DNA of 64,000 nucleotides from Malacoraja senta. Its lineage: Eukaryota. The stretch covers positions 1 through 64,000 of the forward strand of contig JAXLNO010000460.1 of assembly GCA_038087875.1 (NCBI GenBank), written 5' to 3'. The position numbers and the translations under genes were made by a program. This document shows, in pieces, positions 50,718 through 62,469 of this stretch (positions within the stretch are counted from its first letter, which is position 1; each line of letters begins with the position of its first letter). The notes under the pieces are model-generated. The model had not been told where the DNA came from, did no database searches, and saw nothing but the letters and a program-made list of their open reading frames with translations.

Positions 50718-51398
50718 GAGGCAGCATAGTGGTGTAGCAGTAGAGTTGCTGCCTAAAAGCGCCAGAGACCCGGTTTCCCTGACTGGGTGCTGTCTGTGCA
50801 GAGTTTGTACATTCTCCCTGTGACTGCCTAGTTTTTCTCCGGGTGCTCCAATTTCTTCCAACACTCTAAAGACATCCTGATTTGTAGGTTAAGAAGATAG
50901 ACACAAAAAGCTAGATTACCACAGGGGGTCAGGAAGCATCTCTGGAGAAAAGGAATGGCTGAAGTTTCAGATTGAGACCCTTCTTCAGATCCAAAACGTC
51001 ACTTATTCCTTTTCTCCAGAGATGCTGCCTGACCCACTGAGTTACTCCAATTGTTTGTGTCTATCCGTTCATGAAGGAACTGCAGATGCTGGAAAATCGA
51101 AGGTAGACAAAATTGCTGGAGAAACTCAGCGGGTGCGGCAGCGTCTATGGAGCGAAGGAAATAGGCAACGTTTCGGGCCAAAACCCTTCTTCAGACTGTT
51201 TGTGTCTATCTTCGGTGTAAACCAATATCTGCAGTTCCTTCCTACACAGGATTGTAGGTTAAATGGCTATGGTAACGAAAATGCAAATTGTCCCTAGTGT
51301 GTAGGATAGTGCTAGTGTACGGATTGATCGCTGGTCAGCACGGACTCGGTGGGCTGAAGGGCCTGTTTCTGCACTGTATCGCTGGAATAAAGTCTAAA
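50718..51398 (+). mobile_element. HE1-type V-SINE containing two nested Penelope pLTR insertions
   Basis: Outer insert TSD TTGTAGGTTAA (50882-50892 / 51252-51262); inner insert 51066-51196 TSD TGTTTGTGTCTATC (51052-51065 / 51197-51210). Confidence 0.85.
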
Positions 51399-53537
51399 AT
51401 TATGCTAAGTCCAACAACGCTACACCACTAGCCGCCCTAAATTATTCTAATGATTATTTGATATTTTGTAAGTGTAATCCTCTACAAGTGTATTGTTATT
51501 ATTATTAGTATTATTATTATTTTTTTTAATTATAATTTTATTTATTTTTTATTATTAGCACATGTACTGAGATATAGTGAAAGGCTTTATTTTGCATGTT
51601 GTCGAATCAAATCATACCATGAGTATAATCATACACAATTAAAAAAGTGGAAAGATTGTAGTGGATAATAGTAGATCCTGTTCTAGGACAGCTTTCAAAG
51701 TCAGTCACCACATTCCAGTGCCATCTTGCACCTAACAAGTCTAAAATCTCTGAAAATATCAAGCCTGATAAGGAGAAGTGCATTTCTTATTTTCGCACTT
51801 TAAGAGAATCTAAGTGACGGGGCTGGATCGATGATGTAGGGGTCAGCCTGGACAAACGCCGCAATGCTGTCGATTGCCTTCACGGCCACTGCTGCTCTGT
51901 GTAGCTGCTACATGCTGTGTTTGATGTGCTCATGCTGTGTTTGATGTGCTCATTCACCAAGCTGCCGCTCTGCCACGAGCTGCTGCATCGTATTCCTGTT
52001 CCAAAACCATGGCCTGCGGCAACTGCACAGCTCACAGCCGCTCCAGTGCTTCCGTATGCTGAGGTTGCCATGTCCTGTTTAAGCACCTAACCTAACCAAA
52101 CCTCAGCACAAAACGTTAGGGTGGTTCCCAAATGGTGTGGGACGTGCATTTGCAGACAGTTCACAGATACCGACTTTACCCTTCACTTTCCACCCCCGCT
52201 ATCTCGTAATCGAAGTGTGACATGCATACTTCTAGCCAATTTGCTGGATGCCAAATAGATTTACATGCTACAATCATAAAATTATCAAAGCATAAAAGGA
52301 AGCTGTTTGATTCACTGAGCCGATGCCATCTCCTTGTCGCAATCTATTGCAATCCCATTCTTCACTTGCCCCATAAATTTGAAGATGATTTGCCCTAAAA
52401 TATTCTGCTTTAGATTATTTGCTCTTTTGTGCAATAAAAATGTCAATTACCGAACAATCTGAATCTAGAAATGTAATTACATGGAGTAGAAATGCTACAA
52501 AAATTTGAATTGTCAAATATCTTGAACAAATGACTGAAATATGAGCCTACAAAGTTTCACATTTATTGTCACATGTACTGAGATCATTTAAATTATAATA
52601 ATCGGAAATGCAGCTGAAATGGTTCACGAAATCACTTGTGATTTTGTTTTACATTGGTGTCAAATGCTATATTACAAGCCATAGATCTATGTGCACTGCA
52701 TAACACGATAATCTTTGACCTGCACCAAACATTCATTTAATCCTCAGAGATATTCCTTTTTTTAAAGCAGAGGAGTGAACATTTTGTTTAATGAATCATT
52801 AAGAAGATTTAAATGTTATCAAATGAAGATACAGTGAAGTTGTGACTGAATTCCCTTATACGGTGAATATAACCCATCACATTGCAAAAAATGATTGCTT
52901 GTGGTTGATTTAAAGCTAACTTTTCAACTTACTTTCCCCCTTCATTCCTCTCACAGACCCATTTGAATGTCTTTCACCTTTGCAGCTCTCGATTTTCTTT
53001 TAACCGTCAAGCCTGTCTCCAGTGTCAGCTTTTAGTCTGACTAGATGTGGACTTCCAAACTGATGTTGAATCCAACAGCTCAATGTGACCATTGCTAAAG
53101 TCAAGCAAATAGTGTTATTGCATCTTTGTTGTCATAGGCAGTCTGGCTTATGTGGTAGGTTTGAAAATGAATTTTTATCTGTTAACTGCAAAATTTGATG
53201 CATGATAAAGGCAGCAGAGTTTGTAGAAATTGTAAAGGTCAAAGTGTGCCTTAGAAAGAATGCTGATCACAGAACATTCCCTGATCCAGTTAACTTCATA
53301 ACTGAGATTTTTATAGAGAAAACACAATAATTATCATACTCTAACTTACAAAGATCATTTTGTTATAGCACCAATATTTGCACTAGTATACTGTAACCTT
53401 TCCCATGAATGTCATTTGAAATTACACAAAATGCTGACTACAGCTCAACACTCAGTACAAATTACAGTTTCATCAAGAGATTTATCTTAAGCATGTCCAT
53501 GTATTTATGATTAATGGTTTTACTCTTGTTAACAAAT

Positions 53538-53945
53538 GAAAACCCAAAAGAGATTTTATGAGTATATTAAGGGAACAAAGGGAACTAGGGAGAGAATAGG
53601 GCTCCTCAGAAACCAAATTGGTAATCTGTGTGGACAGCCACAAGGTTTTCAAAGAATATTCCTCCTCTGTTTTTATCATGGAAAATGACATAAAGACATG
53701 GGGAGTTTGGAATTGCGCTGTCTTGAGGATAGTCCGTTTTCTAATCGAGGAGGTGCCGAAATTCCTAAATCATGTAAAGATAGATAAATTTCCAGGGCCC
53801 GATCAGAGAAATTCAAGGAGACTGTGAGAAATTAGAGAGGAAATTTTGGGAGCCATGGCTGAGATATATGAATCATCATTAGCCACTGGTGAGGTCTGGA
53901 AGTCTAGAGGGTGGTTAAAGTTGTGCTTTTACTTAAGAAGCGCTG
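53538..53945 (+). mobile_element. Degenerate CR1 LINE ORF2 (linker/RT N-terminal) fragment
   Basis: ENPKRF..Y, RERIG, KIDKFPGPD, ESSLATGEV motifs with frameshifts. Confidence 0.65.
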
Positions 53946-55407
53946 CACATAGGAATTTGAAATTTGGAAGAAAAATTATAAATAAAGTAATAATTATTAA
54001 TAATAATATGTTAAATAATAATAAATAATATATTAATTAATAAAAGTTATGAAAATAATCGTTTCTTATAATATTTACTAATTCAGTTATCTGATAGATT
54101 AGACGTAGAGAAAAGCTAGAATTTAATATTGACAGAGAAGGTAAAATAATATTTTTCTCCTCTTTCTTAATAATATTTGCAAATTCACTTTAGTGGTTAT
54201 GGCTGAGTCCATATTTTAAGTACATATATAAAATGGGTGATTCCACCTGCGCATTAATGTCACCACTTGATAAATACATGAACAATGAAAATATCTTCAG
54301 CTAGTTACATCATGTACTGCTGTTAATCTGATTTTTATCACATTGACTCAGGTGTATCTGAACTTGTTATGGATTAAAACAAATATGAAAATGTAAATTT
54401 TGTTTCCATATGCAATAGTTAAGCAATCCACCAAAACCCATTGAGTTACAGGATGAGATAAACTGATTAATAAATTTGGAGATTTTGCAAACCTAGACTT
54501 GTTTTTAAATCATCTTCCATCATAGCTTATAATAGTCTTCAATCATAGCTTTGTAAATCAATATTTCTCATGTTTTGCGCTCTGCCATTATTTGTTCTTT
54601 TTCCAACATGTTATGCTGAATATCATGCCAAATCACATGTGCTCTGTATGCACCCTTCCACCCTGCCCATTGCTGAAGATTGAAACTACTTTTTGCTCAA
54701 CCTACATCATTACAGAATGCATCAAGCAGATCACTAATGAGAAAGGCACTAACTTTATGCATGGCAGCTTGAAGACCGCAAAGGCATAAAATCATCATCC
54801 TTTGGTCAACTATTTGTTGGACTGTTAGGAAAATGAATGAGCTTGCCAGTTGCCTAGAATGACCCATCCATCATCCCTTGAATACCGACGAAGAATACCG
54901 CCTTGAAAAATGGCAATACAGCTCTGTGCATCCCAACAAGATCTCAGTTGTGCAAATATTTGTAACCATAGTTTGCTTTTTTATGACAACAGGACAATCA
55001 GTGCAGCTAATCACATAGCCAGTCTTTGACACTGACCTTTCTAAATGGTGCTTCTTTGCGCACTCTTTCGCAAATAACTCATCTCACGTTTGCTTGCCCT
55101 TGGTATGGCCTTTACAAACAAATACACATTATTTTGTTATTATAAACACTTAATGCTTATTTGTGAAATCTTAGAGTCTGAATTAATATTTAATACAAGG
55201 ATTGATATTTAATTCTTTTCTTGCCTTTGAGTGTGATATAAATATCAGAATGATCCATCTATCTGCAATATCAACAACAAATCCATCATATTTATTATAT
55301 TTCCTTACAACATAGAAGGAGGCTATTTGGTCCATTGAGTCTATGCCAGTTCTCTGAATAATGCCATCGATCATATTCCCCATCTTACATAAAACACAGA
55401 ACAGTAC

Positions 55408-55797
55408 ACGATGTAGAGCTTTTCTTCCATCACCTCCGCTTCCGTGCCTTTTTCAATGGGACGGAGTCCTCACTACCAAGTGTGGTGAGAACTCCTTCTC
55501 ATAGGAGTCCCCCTCCTCTTGGACTCCCCAGAACGGCCTTCTACCCTCTCTAGACCTCTTTATTTCGAACTGCTGGCGTAACATCAACCGTCTCAACTTG
55601 CCTACTCCCCTTACCTACTCTAACCTCACCCCCTCTGAACGTACAGCACTCCGCTCACTCTGCATCAACCCTGACATTATAATCAAACCCGCCGACAAGG
55701 GAGGTGCAGTGGTAGTCCGGCACGCTGACCTCTACTGGGCTGAGACCAGGCAACAACTCACAGACACCTCCTCCTACATAATCTTGGACCATGATAA
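55408..55797 (+). mobile_element. Penelope ORF N-terminal fragment
   Basis: SNLTPSERTALRSL..NPDIIIKPADKGGAVVV...QLTDTSSY, the PLE 'DKG' motif region. Confidence 0.85.
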
Positions 55798-55799
55798 CT

Positions 55800-56014
55800 C
55801 AGTGCTGGAGTAATTCAGTGGATCAATCAGCTTTGGAGAAAAAGGATGGGTGATGTTTCACATCGGGACCCTTTTCTTGAGTCTGAAGAAAGGTCCCAAT
55901 CCGAAACGTTACCCATCCTTTTTCTCCAGAGATGCTGCCTGACCCATTGAGTTACTCCAGCACTATGTGTCCATCTTTGGTATAAACCAGCATCTGCAGT
56001 TCTTTGTTTCTACA
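55800..56014. mobile_element. Palindromic pLTR pair with hammerhead-like core
   Basis: agtgctggagtaattcagtgg ... ccattgagttactccagcact; CTGAAGA...GAAACGTT at 55883-55910. Confidence 0.7.
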
Positions 56015-56307
56015 TTTGGCAGCCCAACTAAAAGCCTAATAAATGCCACTATATGCCTCCACCACCATTCCTGGCAGCAACGTTCCAGGCACCCACCACT
56101 TTGGTAAAAAAAAAACTTGTCCTGCTCATCTCCCTTAAACTTTGCCCATCTCATCTTAAAGCTGTCCCCCGATACCTTTGTATTTCCACCCTACCCGAAA
56201 CATTCTGACTCTGTACCACTTATTTCACATATAGTGCATTTAAAGCTGTAAATTCCAAAGCTCTCACAACCTGTCACTCAGATTTCAACAACGAGCCATA
56301 AGAGATA

Positions 56308-59300
56308 TTTTACTTCGGAGTCACGTGAGTGACTACGTGAAGAAGAGCCCGTCCAGCCGCACACGCGTCATATCGTATAGACACATAGCGTGAGTGCCGA
56401 TGTTTGGAGCGAGCAGAGCTCCTCCAAACCGGTAAGTAAAAAACCTGAAGGTAAGTTTTTACTTACGGTTTTCAGGCGATTTAAAAGACTTGTAGTAATA
56501 AAATACAAATCATAATGAAGAAAATTGTGGAGGTGCACCGCAGAGTGCTCAGAGTAGTGGGTCTGTGAGTAGCGGGCGCCGTTAAAATTTTTTTTTTTTT
56601 AAACGGTTACCGTTTAGCGCTATTAGATCGCATAGATAAGAGGTTGCAGTTAAAGAAGTCAGACCGGAGATCCCCATTTCAGGTAACTAGTTGGTTATAT
56701 TTAAAACCTAGTTACAAGGCAATGCAGGGAATGCCTGAGTCAGGTAACTAGTTTGTTATATTTAAAAAACCTAGTTGCAGAGCAATGCGGGGAATGTCTG
56801 GGGAATGTCCAGGTTAAACTGTTTGGTCTAAATTAGAGCCAGCATATGAAGTGCCTAGGGAAGGTCCGGGCTTTGTGTTGGGCTAGAGAAGGCCAGTGTA
56901 TGAAGTGCCTGGGGAAGGTCTGTTTTAACATTGTCCCTACAGGGCCAGTGCAGGGGTGCCTGGTGGAGGTCCAGGTTTAGCATTGGCCTAGAGGAGAGCC
57001 AGCGCATGGAGTGCTTTATAAGGTCCGGCTCAATGTTGGCCTAAAGGGAGAGCCAGCATAGGAAATATTTGAGAAAGTCCGGTTCAGCGCTGGCCTACAG
57101 GTGAGCCAGTGTGAGCAAATGGTTGGTTAAGGTACGTTGGTCTACAGGAGAGCCAGCGCCAACTATATCTGGAAGTTAGCATTGGCCTACAGATGAGCCA
57201 CCGCCAGCAGCACCTGAAAGAGGGCTGCCTATGATGGGCCTACAGGAGTGCCCGCATGGAGAGCAACTGGAAGGGTTGTTATGCGTAGGCCTATGAGAGA
57301 GCCAGCGCTAGAGATACCTGAAGCAGGATGTAAATTCGCCCCTCCATGAGGAGGTTTATTTCATACAAAGATTCAAGTAAACGGATCATATGAGGCCTAG
57401 AGCCCAATACAGAACCAAAGGACCAGAGTTGGCACAATATATCAAAGTTGTGGTTCCAAAAAGATGAGGGAACCATTGGGAGATAAATAAACTATGTCAA
57501 TAAAATACTTACTCTCCCAGCAGCTCCAGGTTCTAACCAGGTATGAACTGTCTACAAATATAAACCCGCAGTATTGAGCATGATAAGCAAGTCTCAGTGG
57601 GGGAAAGGGTATTGAAATTACTGGTCAGGCGTTAAGGCTTTTTTGACCGAAGGTTGGATGGAGAGCATGTGTTTATATCACAACAAGGTTGAATTAGCAC
57701 TCATGTAGTAGTGTGCACTTTCAAATAATTGTTTATAAAAGTGCTATAAAACCTAATATATACCCTAAGTTTGGGGGCTCTGTACACCATCTAATATTTA
57801 AATTGTCTATTAATCTGTTTTTAGAAAGATCTAGCCAAAAAAGGTATGATCCTGTGTGATCAACAGATAAAATTAAGGCAGTTTTCCCTACCAATATGTG
57901 GTGACTGGGGATAGTAAAGTATCAATTCTGTCTTTCCCATATGTGCGTTATAGGCGCACTCCTCCTGAGATATGTGGAAGTTATAATATTCCACTAAGAT
58001 CAGGGGATAACAATTGCCATAGGCAAACCCTGAGGAGGAGGTCTGGTTCTGTAAGAAACATATTAAATGTTTTACACTTACAAGTTGGGGATGATTACAT
58101 TTCTTGCTAAAAAATGGCAAATTGATATTATACTGTACAGTATTGTGGGGTTTAGAATGTAGTTCTACCCAAATTTGGTTTCTCTTACTAAGGTATTTGA
58201 AACCAGACACATATTTTCTCAAAATAAGAGAATATGTAGATTCAGACAAAACATGAAATATTGTGGGAAAGAGATGATTAAGAAGTCAGTTCACCATTAC
58301 CATCAATTAATGCCAAATATGTTATGAGAGCAAATAAGGATGGTGGGTGTAGATTTATTCTAGATCTGACAAATTGTAACTCTTTTTTGTACAGTATAAA
58401 CAGTGGATAACATTTGTTAATGTTATGCAGCCAATTTCACAAATAAGCATTTTTACTATGTGACTGTGTATGGTATAATAGATATTTCTATTTTATCTGG
58501 ATAAGACAATTATGGCAATTTAAAGCATTGTATTAATGTTTAGTCTCAGCCTTGAGACTATTTGACAGGTTGTTGGATTTAATATTAGCTTTACTAAGAA
58601 CTCAGGGCCATTTGGTAATGGTCTATTGCCATATTCTGATTGTAGGAAACATTCGGACTACAACAGAACCATGAGTGTTAGAATAAAGCTCACTTTGGAG
58701 ATTTGTTAACCATCGAAATAAATCTAAAACAGTTTCCAAACACAGTTATTGATTATTTGAGTTCCATTATTAAACGAGAACACATGATCATGATCCGATT
58801 GCAGGATTAAGGCTGCATTTAAGTGGAAGTTGTACAAAGCTCATTATAGAGCATCAACCATTGTATAAAGGTCAATATAGAGCACTAATCCTTAATTAGG
58901 CATTTAATTGGAAGTGGTATTAAGCTCATTATAGAGCACCAACCTTTAATTAGGCAGGAAACAAGCCTATTTTACAAATTTTGCTTATTTTCAGCTGTAG
59001 AATTTAGACTGCGGCATTATCAACGTTTATAGTAAGCATGGATAGAGGATGCAAGGCCATGTATTTGCCAGTTACAGTTATTACTGGTATATTAATGAAT
59101 CAGGATTGTCTCAAATGCCTCCAGAGAGATTCTGGCTAAACACCTTCCATTATGCTACACACTAATAGTAGTGCTCTAAGTTGAGTCATACTTATAAGTA
59201 TTTTCAGCTGTGGAGGTACATGGAATATGGAGAAAGTACCTTTTGATCAAAAAACAAGGGATCATTATGTAAGTTTTAGGAACATTTATGACCTAAAGCT

Positions 59301-59644
59301 TATTTGCTCTTATATGCCAAGTTGCATGTTTAGACATAGATTGAGACTACGGAATAGAACGTATGTCAATCATTCGAGTGGTTTAAGTCAGTATCTTGTA
59401 ATAGACTGGCTAATGTGATCTGGATCTGGTATTTACCAGAAATATTTGATTGGCAATCTACCTATGAAGTAGATTCAATATAGTTGAAGACTCAAAAGTC
59501 ATGTAAATCAATGATAATATAGAATGTATGTTGGATCGTGAGAAATTTAATAATATTATAGCACGATTGATGACTTGTTTGTATCCAGATTTAACCACCA
59601 ATTACCTAAATATATGTAATAAAGTCTGATACTGGGGCAGTAGT
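56308..59644 (+). mobile_element. Decayed DIRS-type (tyrosine-recombinase class) retrotransposon, interrupted by Gypsy
   Basis: Remnant peptides KDGGCRFILDL (58336-58368), WQFKAL (58513-58530) and DLFVSRFNHQLPKY (59572-59613) in DIRS RT-RNaseH-MT order; CpG-rich terminus ttcggagtcacgtgagtgactacgtgaag; YR gene not visible in the window. Confidence 0.7.
56820..57320 (+). repeat. Degenerate ~45-58 bp tandem repeat inside the DIRS element
   Basis: About 10 units sharing ggcctacaggagagccagcg-like cores. Confidence 0.7.
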
Positions 59645-59848
59645 TGTAGATGAGATATGCATGTGCCTTTAACATAGTGACCTCACACCCACTAACCACT
59701 CCCCATATCACAAGTATAACTACAACCTCCACACCCACAGATCGCTCTCTAGTTCCTGTGACAGACCACGTACAGCTAGTGCAATGTATAATGATCCAGT
59801 ATGAATAAAGATAGTAAAGTAACGATGCCTCGTTATCAATCCTTTACA
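59645..59848 (+). repeat. 5' LTR of the Gypsy element (~204 bp)
   Basis: TG...CA ends; TATAA near 59788 and AATAAA near 59804; followed directly by PBS-like TGGTGTCA at 59849; 3' LTR lies outside the window. Confidence 0.75.
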
Positions 59849-59941
59849 TGGTGTCAAATAACTTACCTTGCGCCTCCCGTTTATCGGTTTATCATTTAAT
59901 TTTGACCCAGTTTTTTGTTTCCCCCCCTAACTGTTTTTGTT

Positions 59942-62469
59942 ATGGCCTCTTCTGCCCGTAAGCCCGATGCGCTCGTTTTCGATTTCGACATCGCCCTTCG
60001 ATGGGACATATTCAAACGCGACTTTGAACACTATTTCACGATTGCCCATCCTGGCGCCACCGCCGCTCTCAAAGCCTCACTGCTTCTCAACTTGGCTGGT
60101 CCCAACGCCTTGACTCGCTCTGACTTCTTCGTCTACGCTCCTGGAGAATCAGCTCGGGACCCGGCATGTCTGTTGGCTAAGTTTGACGCTATTTGTGACA
60201 TTCCGACTAATTGCATTTTAGAACGTTTTAAACTGTTCGCGCGGCGTCAGCTCCCTGGGGAATCTGCTGAGAACTATGTCATTGCGCTGCGGGACCTGGG
60301 CAGGCGCTGCCGCCTCGAGACGTGGACCCCCGATAATGTCATCAGGGACCTACTGGTTTACGGTCTCCGTGATGAGAAGCTCAGGTCCGAACTACTTCGC
60401 AAGCCGGATCTGACCTTGGCCGATGCAATGCACGCTACTCGCTTAGCCGACGCTGTTTCCGCGGCGGCGCCGCCGGCTGAACAGGCGATCAACTTTGCCA
60501 GCACTCCTAGCTATCTCATGAACGCACCCCAGTCGCGACCCCCGGTGTCGCTCGCTGCTCGAGGGGGACGCGCCCCGGGGTTCGGTGGTGCCACAAGGGG
60601 AGGCACCCAGCAAAGGTGCCCTAATTGCAACTTCACAACTCATCAGTTCAATGTGTGCCCTGCGCTGGGAAAGAACTGCAATTCCTGTAATAAGTTGAAC
60701 CATTTTGCTGCAGCTTGTCGTTCCCGTGGGAAGCCTGTCGCTGCTCGAAGGCAAAATTTAAACAACCTTCTACAGTCGGATAATGATCTCAGCTCCCAGC
60801 ACTATTCCGATGAACATTCTGTTCCTACATCTAACACCTCTCAGGGGGAAACCAGCTTGTTTACCGTGGTGAACGCACCTGCTATGATAACGGATCCTTC
60901 TGTGCAAGTCACTGTGAACAACTCGACCTTCACGGCCAAAATCGACACTGGGGCGGTTACCAATGTTATGTCAACATCTCTTTTCAACCAGATAAGGACT
61001 AATGAGAAGATATTTTCTCAGAGCTCAAACCTGCATGCCTACGGTGGGGAGGTCCTTACTCCTGTGGGCAAGGCCACACTACACTGTAAGATACTGAAGG
61101 CCACTCGGCCCCTCACCTTCTTTCTCCTCAATCGAAGTTGCGTTCCCCTGCTGGGGATCCAGGCATGCCAGGAAATGGGACTGGTGTCCTTCCACCGGGA
61201 CATCCACCACGTGCAGGCTCTTATGGACCCGCTGGCCGAGTATCCCGACCGCTTTGATGATAAGCTAGGCAAACTACCCTGCAGCTACAAGATTGAAGTG
61301 GACCATAAGATCGTTCCTGTGGTCCATGCTCCTCACCGTATTTCCTTCGCCATGAGGGACAAAGTGGAGGCGACCCTACACAGTATGGTACAAATGGGCG
61401 TCCTAAAGGCGGTCGTCGAGCCCACCAGCTGGGTCTCTTCCATGGTTGTTGCTGCTAAAAAGGACATGAGTGAGATACGCATCTGCATCAACCCCAGAGA
61501 CCTCAACCTGGCCATTCGGCGCCCTCACTACCCTATGAGAACGGTGGAAGACGTCGCTGCACGGGTTGGTCCAGCAACGGTCTTTTCGGTCCTCGATGCC
61601 AAGAGTTCATTCTGGCAGATACCACTGGACGAGCGGTCGTCCATTTTGACAACCTTCGCCACCCCCTACGGAAGGTTTCGGTTCCTCCGAATGCCCTTCG
61701 GAATCAACTCTGCCAGTGAGGTATTCCAGCGAACCATGGAACAGTTGTTTTCAGATCTGCCTTGCGCCATAATTGTTGACGACATCCTCGTTTACGGTAA
61801 GGATGTTGCCGAACACGATGTCAACCTCCGCCTGATCCTGGACCGGGTCAGGCAAATCAACTTGAAACTGAACCCCAAGAAGTGCCGATTCCGCGTCTCG
61901 GAGGTCACCTATGTTGGACACGTATTCACCGCTGAGGGGCTGAAGCCAGACCCGCAGAAAACGACTGCCATCTCAGGGATGCCTCCTCCTACTAACGTGG
62001 CAGGCCTGCAACGCTTCCTCGGCTTGGTAAACTACCTGGGGAAGTTCATCCCCGACCTAAGCGAGCTCAGCGCTCCCCTGAGGGATCTGATCAAAAAGGA
62101 CACTTCCTGGCTTTGGTTACCCAATCATCAGAAGGCATTTGACATTCTTAAGTCTAAACTGATCAGCACACCCACGCTCAAGTTCTTTGACCTGCGGCAT
62201 CCCATTGTCCTCACCTGCGACGCCTCTCAATTCGGACTCGGTGCCGCCTGCCTCCAGGTCCATGACGGCCTGCAGCTGCCTGTCTCATTCGCGTCCCGCA
62301 CCATGACCGCCACCGAACAGCACTACGCGCAGATTGAGAAGGAGCTACTGGCCGTGGTGTTTGCCTGCTCCAAATTCCGGGACTACATCGTGGGCAACAC
62401 TTTCACCGTTGAAACTGACCATCAACCACTTGTTACCATCCTCAACAAACCAATCCATGTGGCCTCATC
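59942..62469 (+). CDS. Gag-Pol part 1: capsid, double Cys-His knuckle, protease, RT, RNase H
   Basis: CPNC..H...CPALGKNCNSCNKLNHFAAAC; KIDTGA; LDAKSSFWQ, RMPFG, IVDD; CDAS, YAQIEKE, TDHQPL; likely start ATG 59942 (MASSARKP). Confidence 0.88.

Noticed and set aside
51880..52110. GC-richer segment with a 20-bp tandem duplication and cctaacctaacc (telomere-like)
   Set aside because: Only 2-3 imperfect units and no definable termini or coding signal; probably an unrecognised repeat fragment
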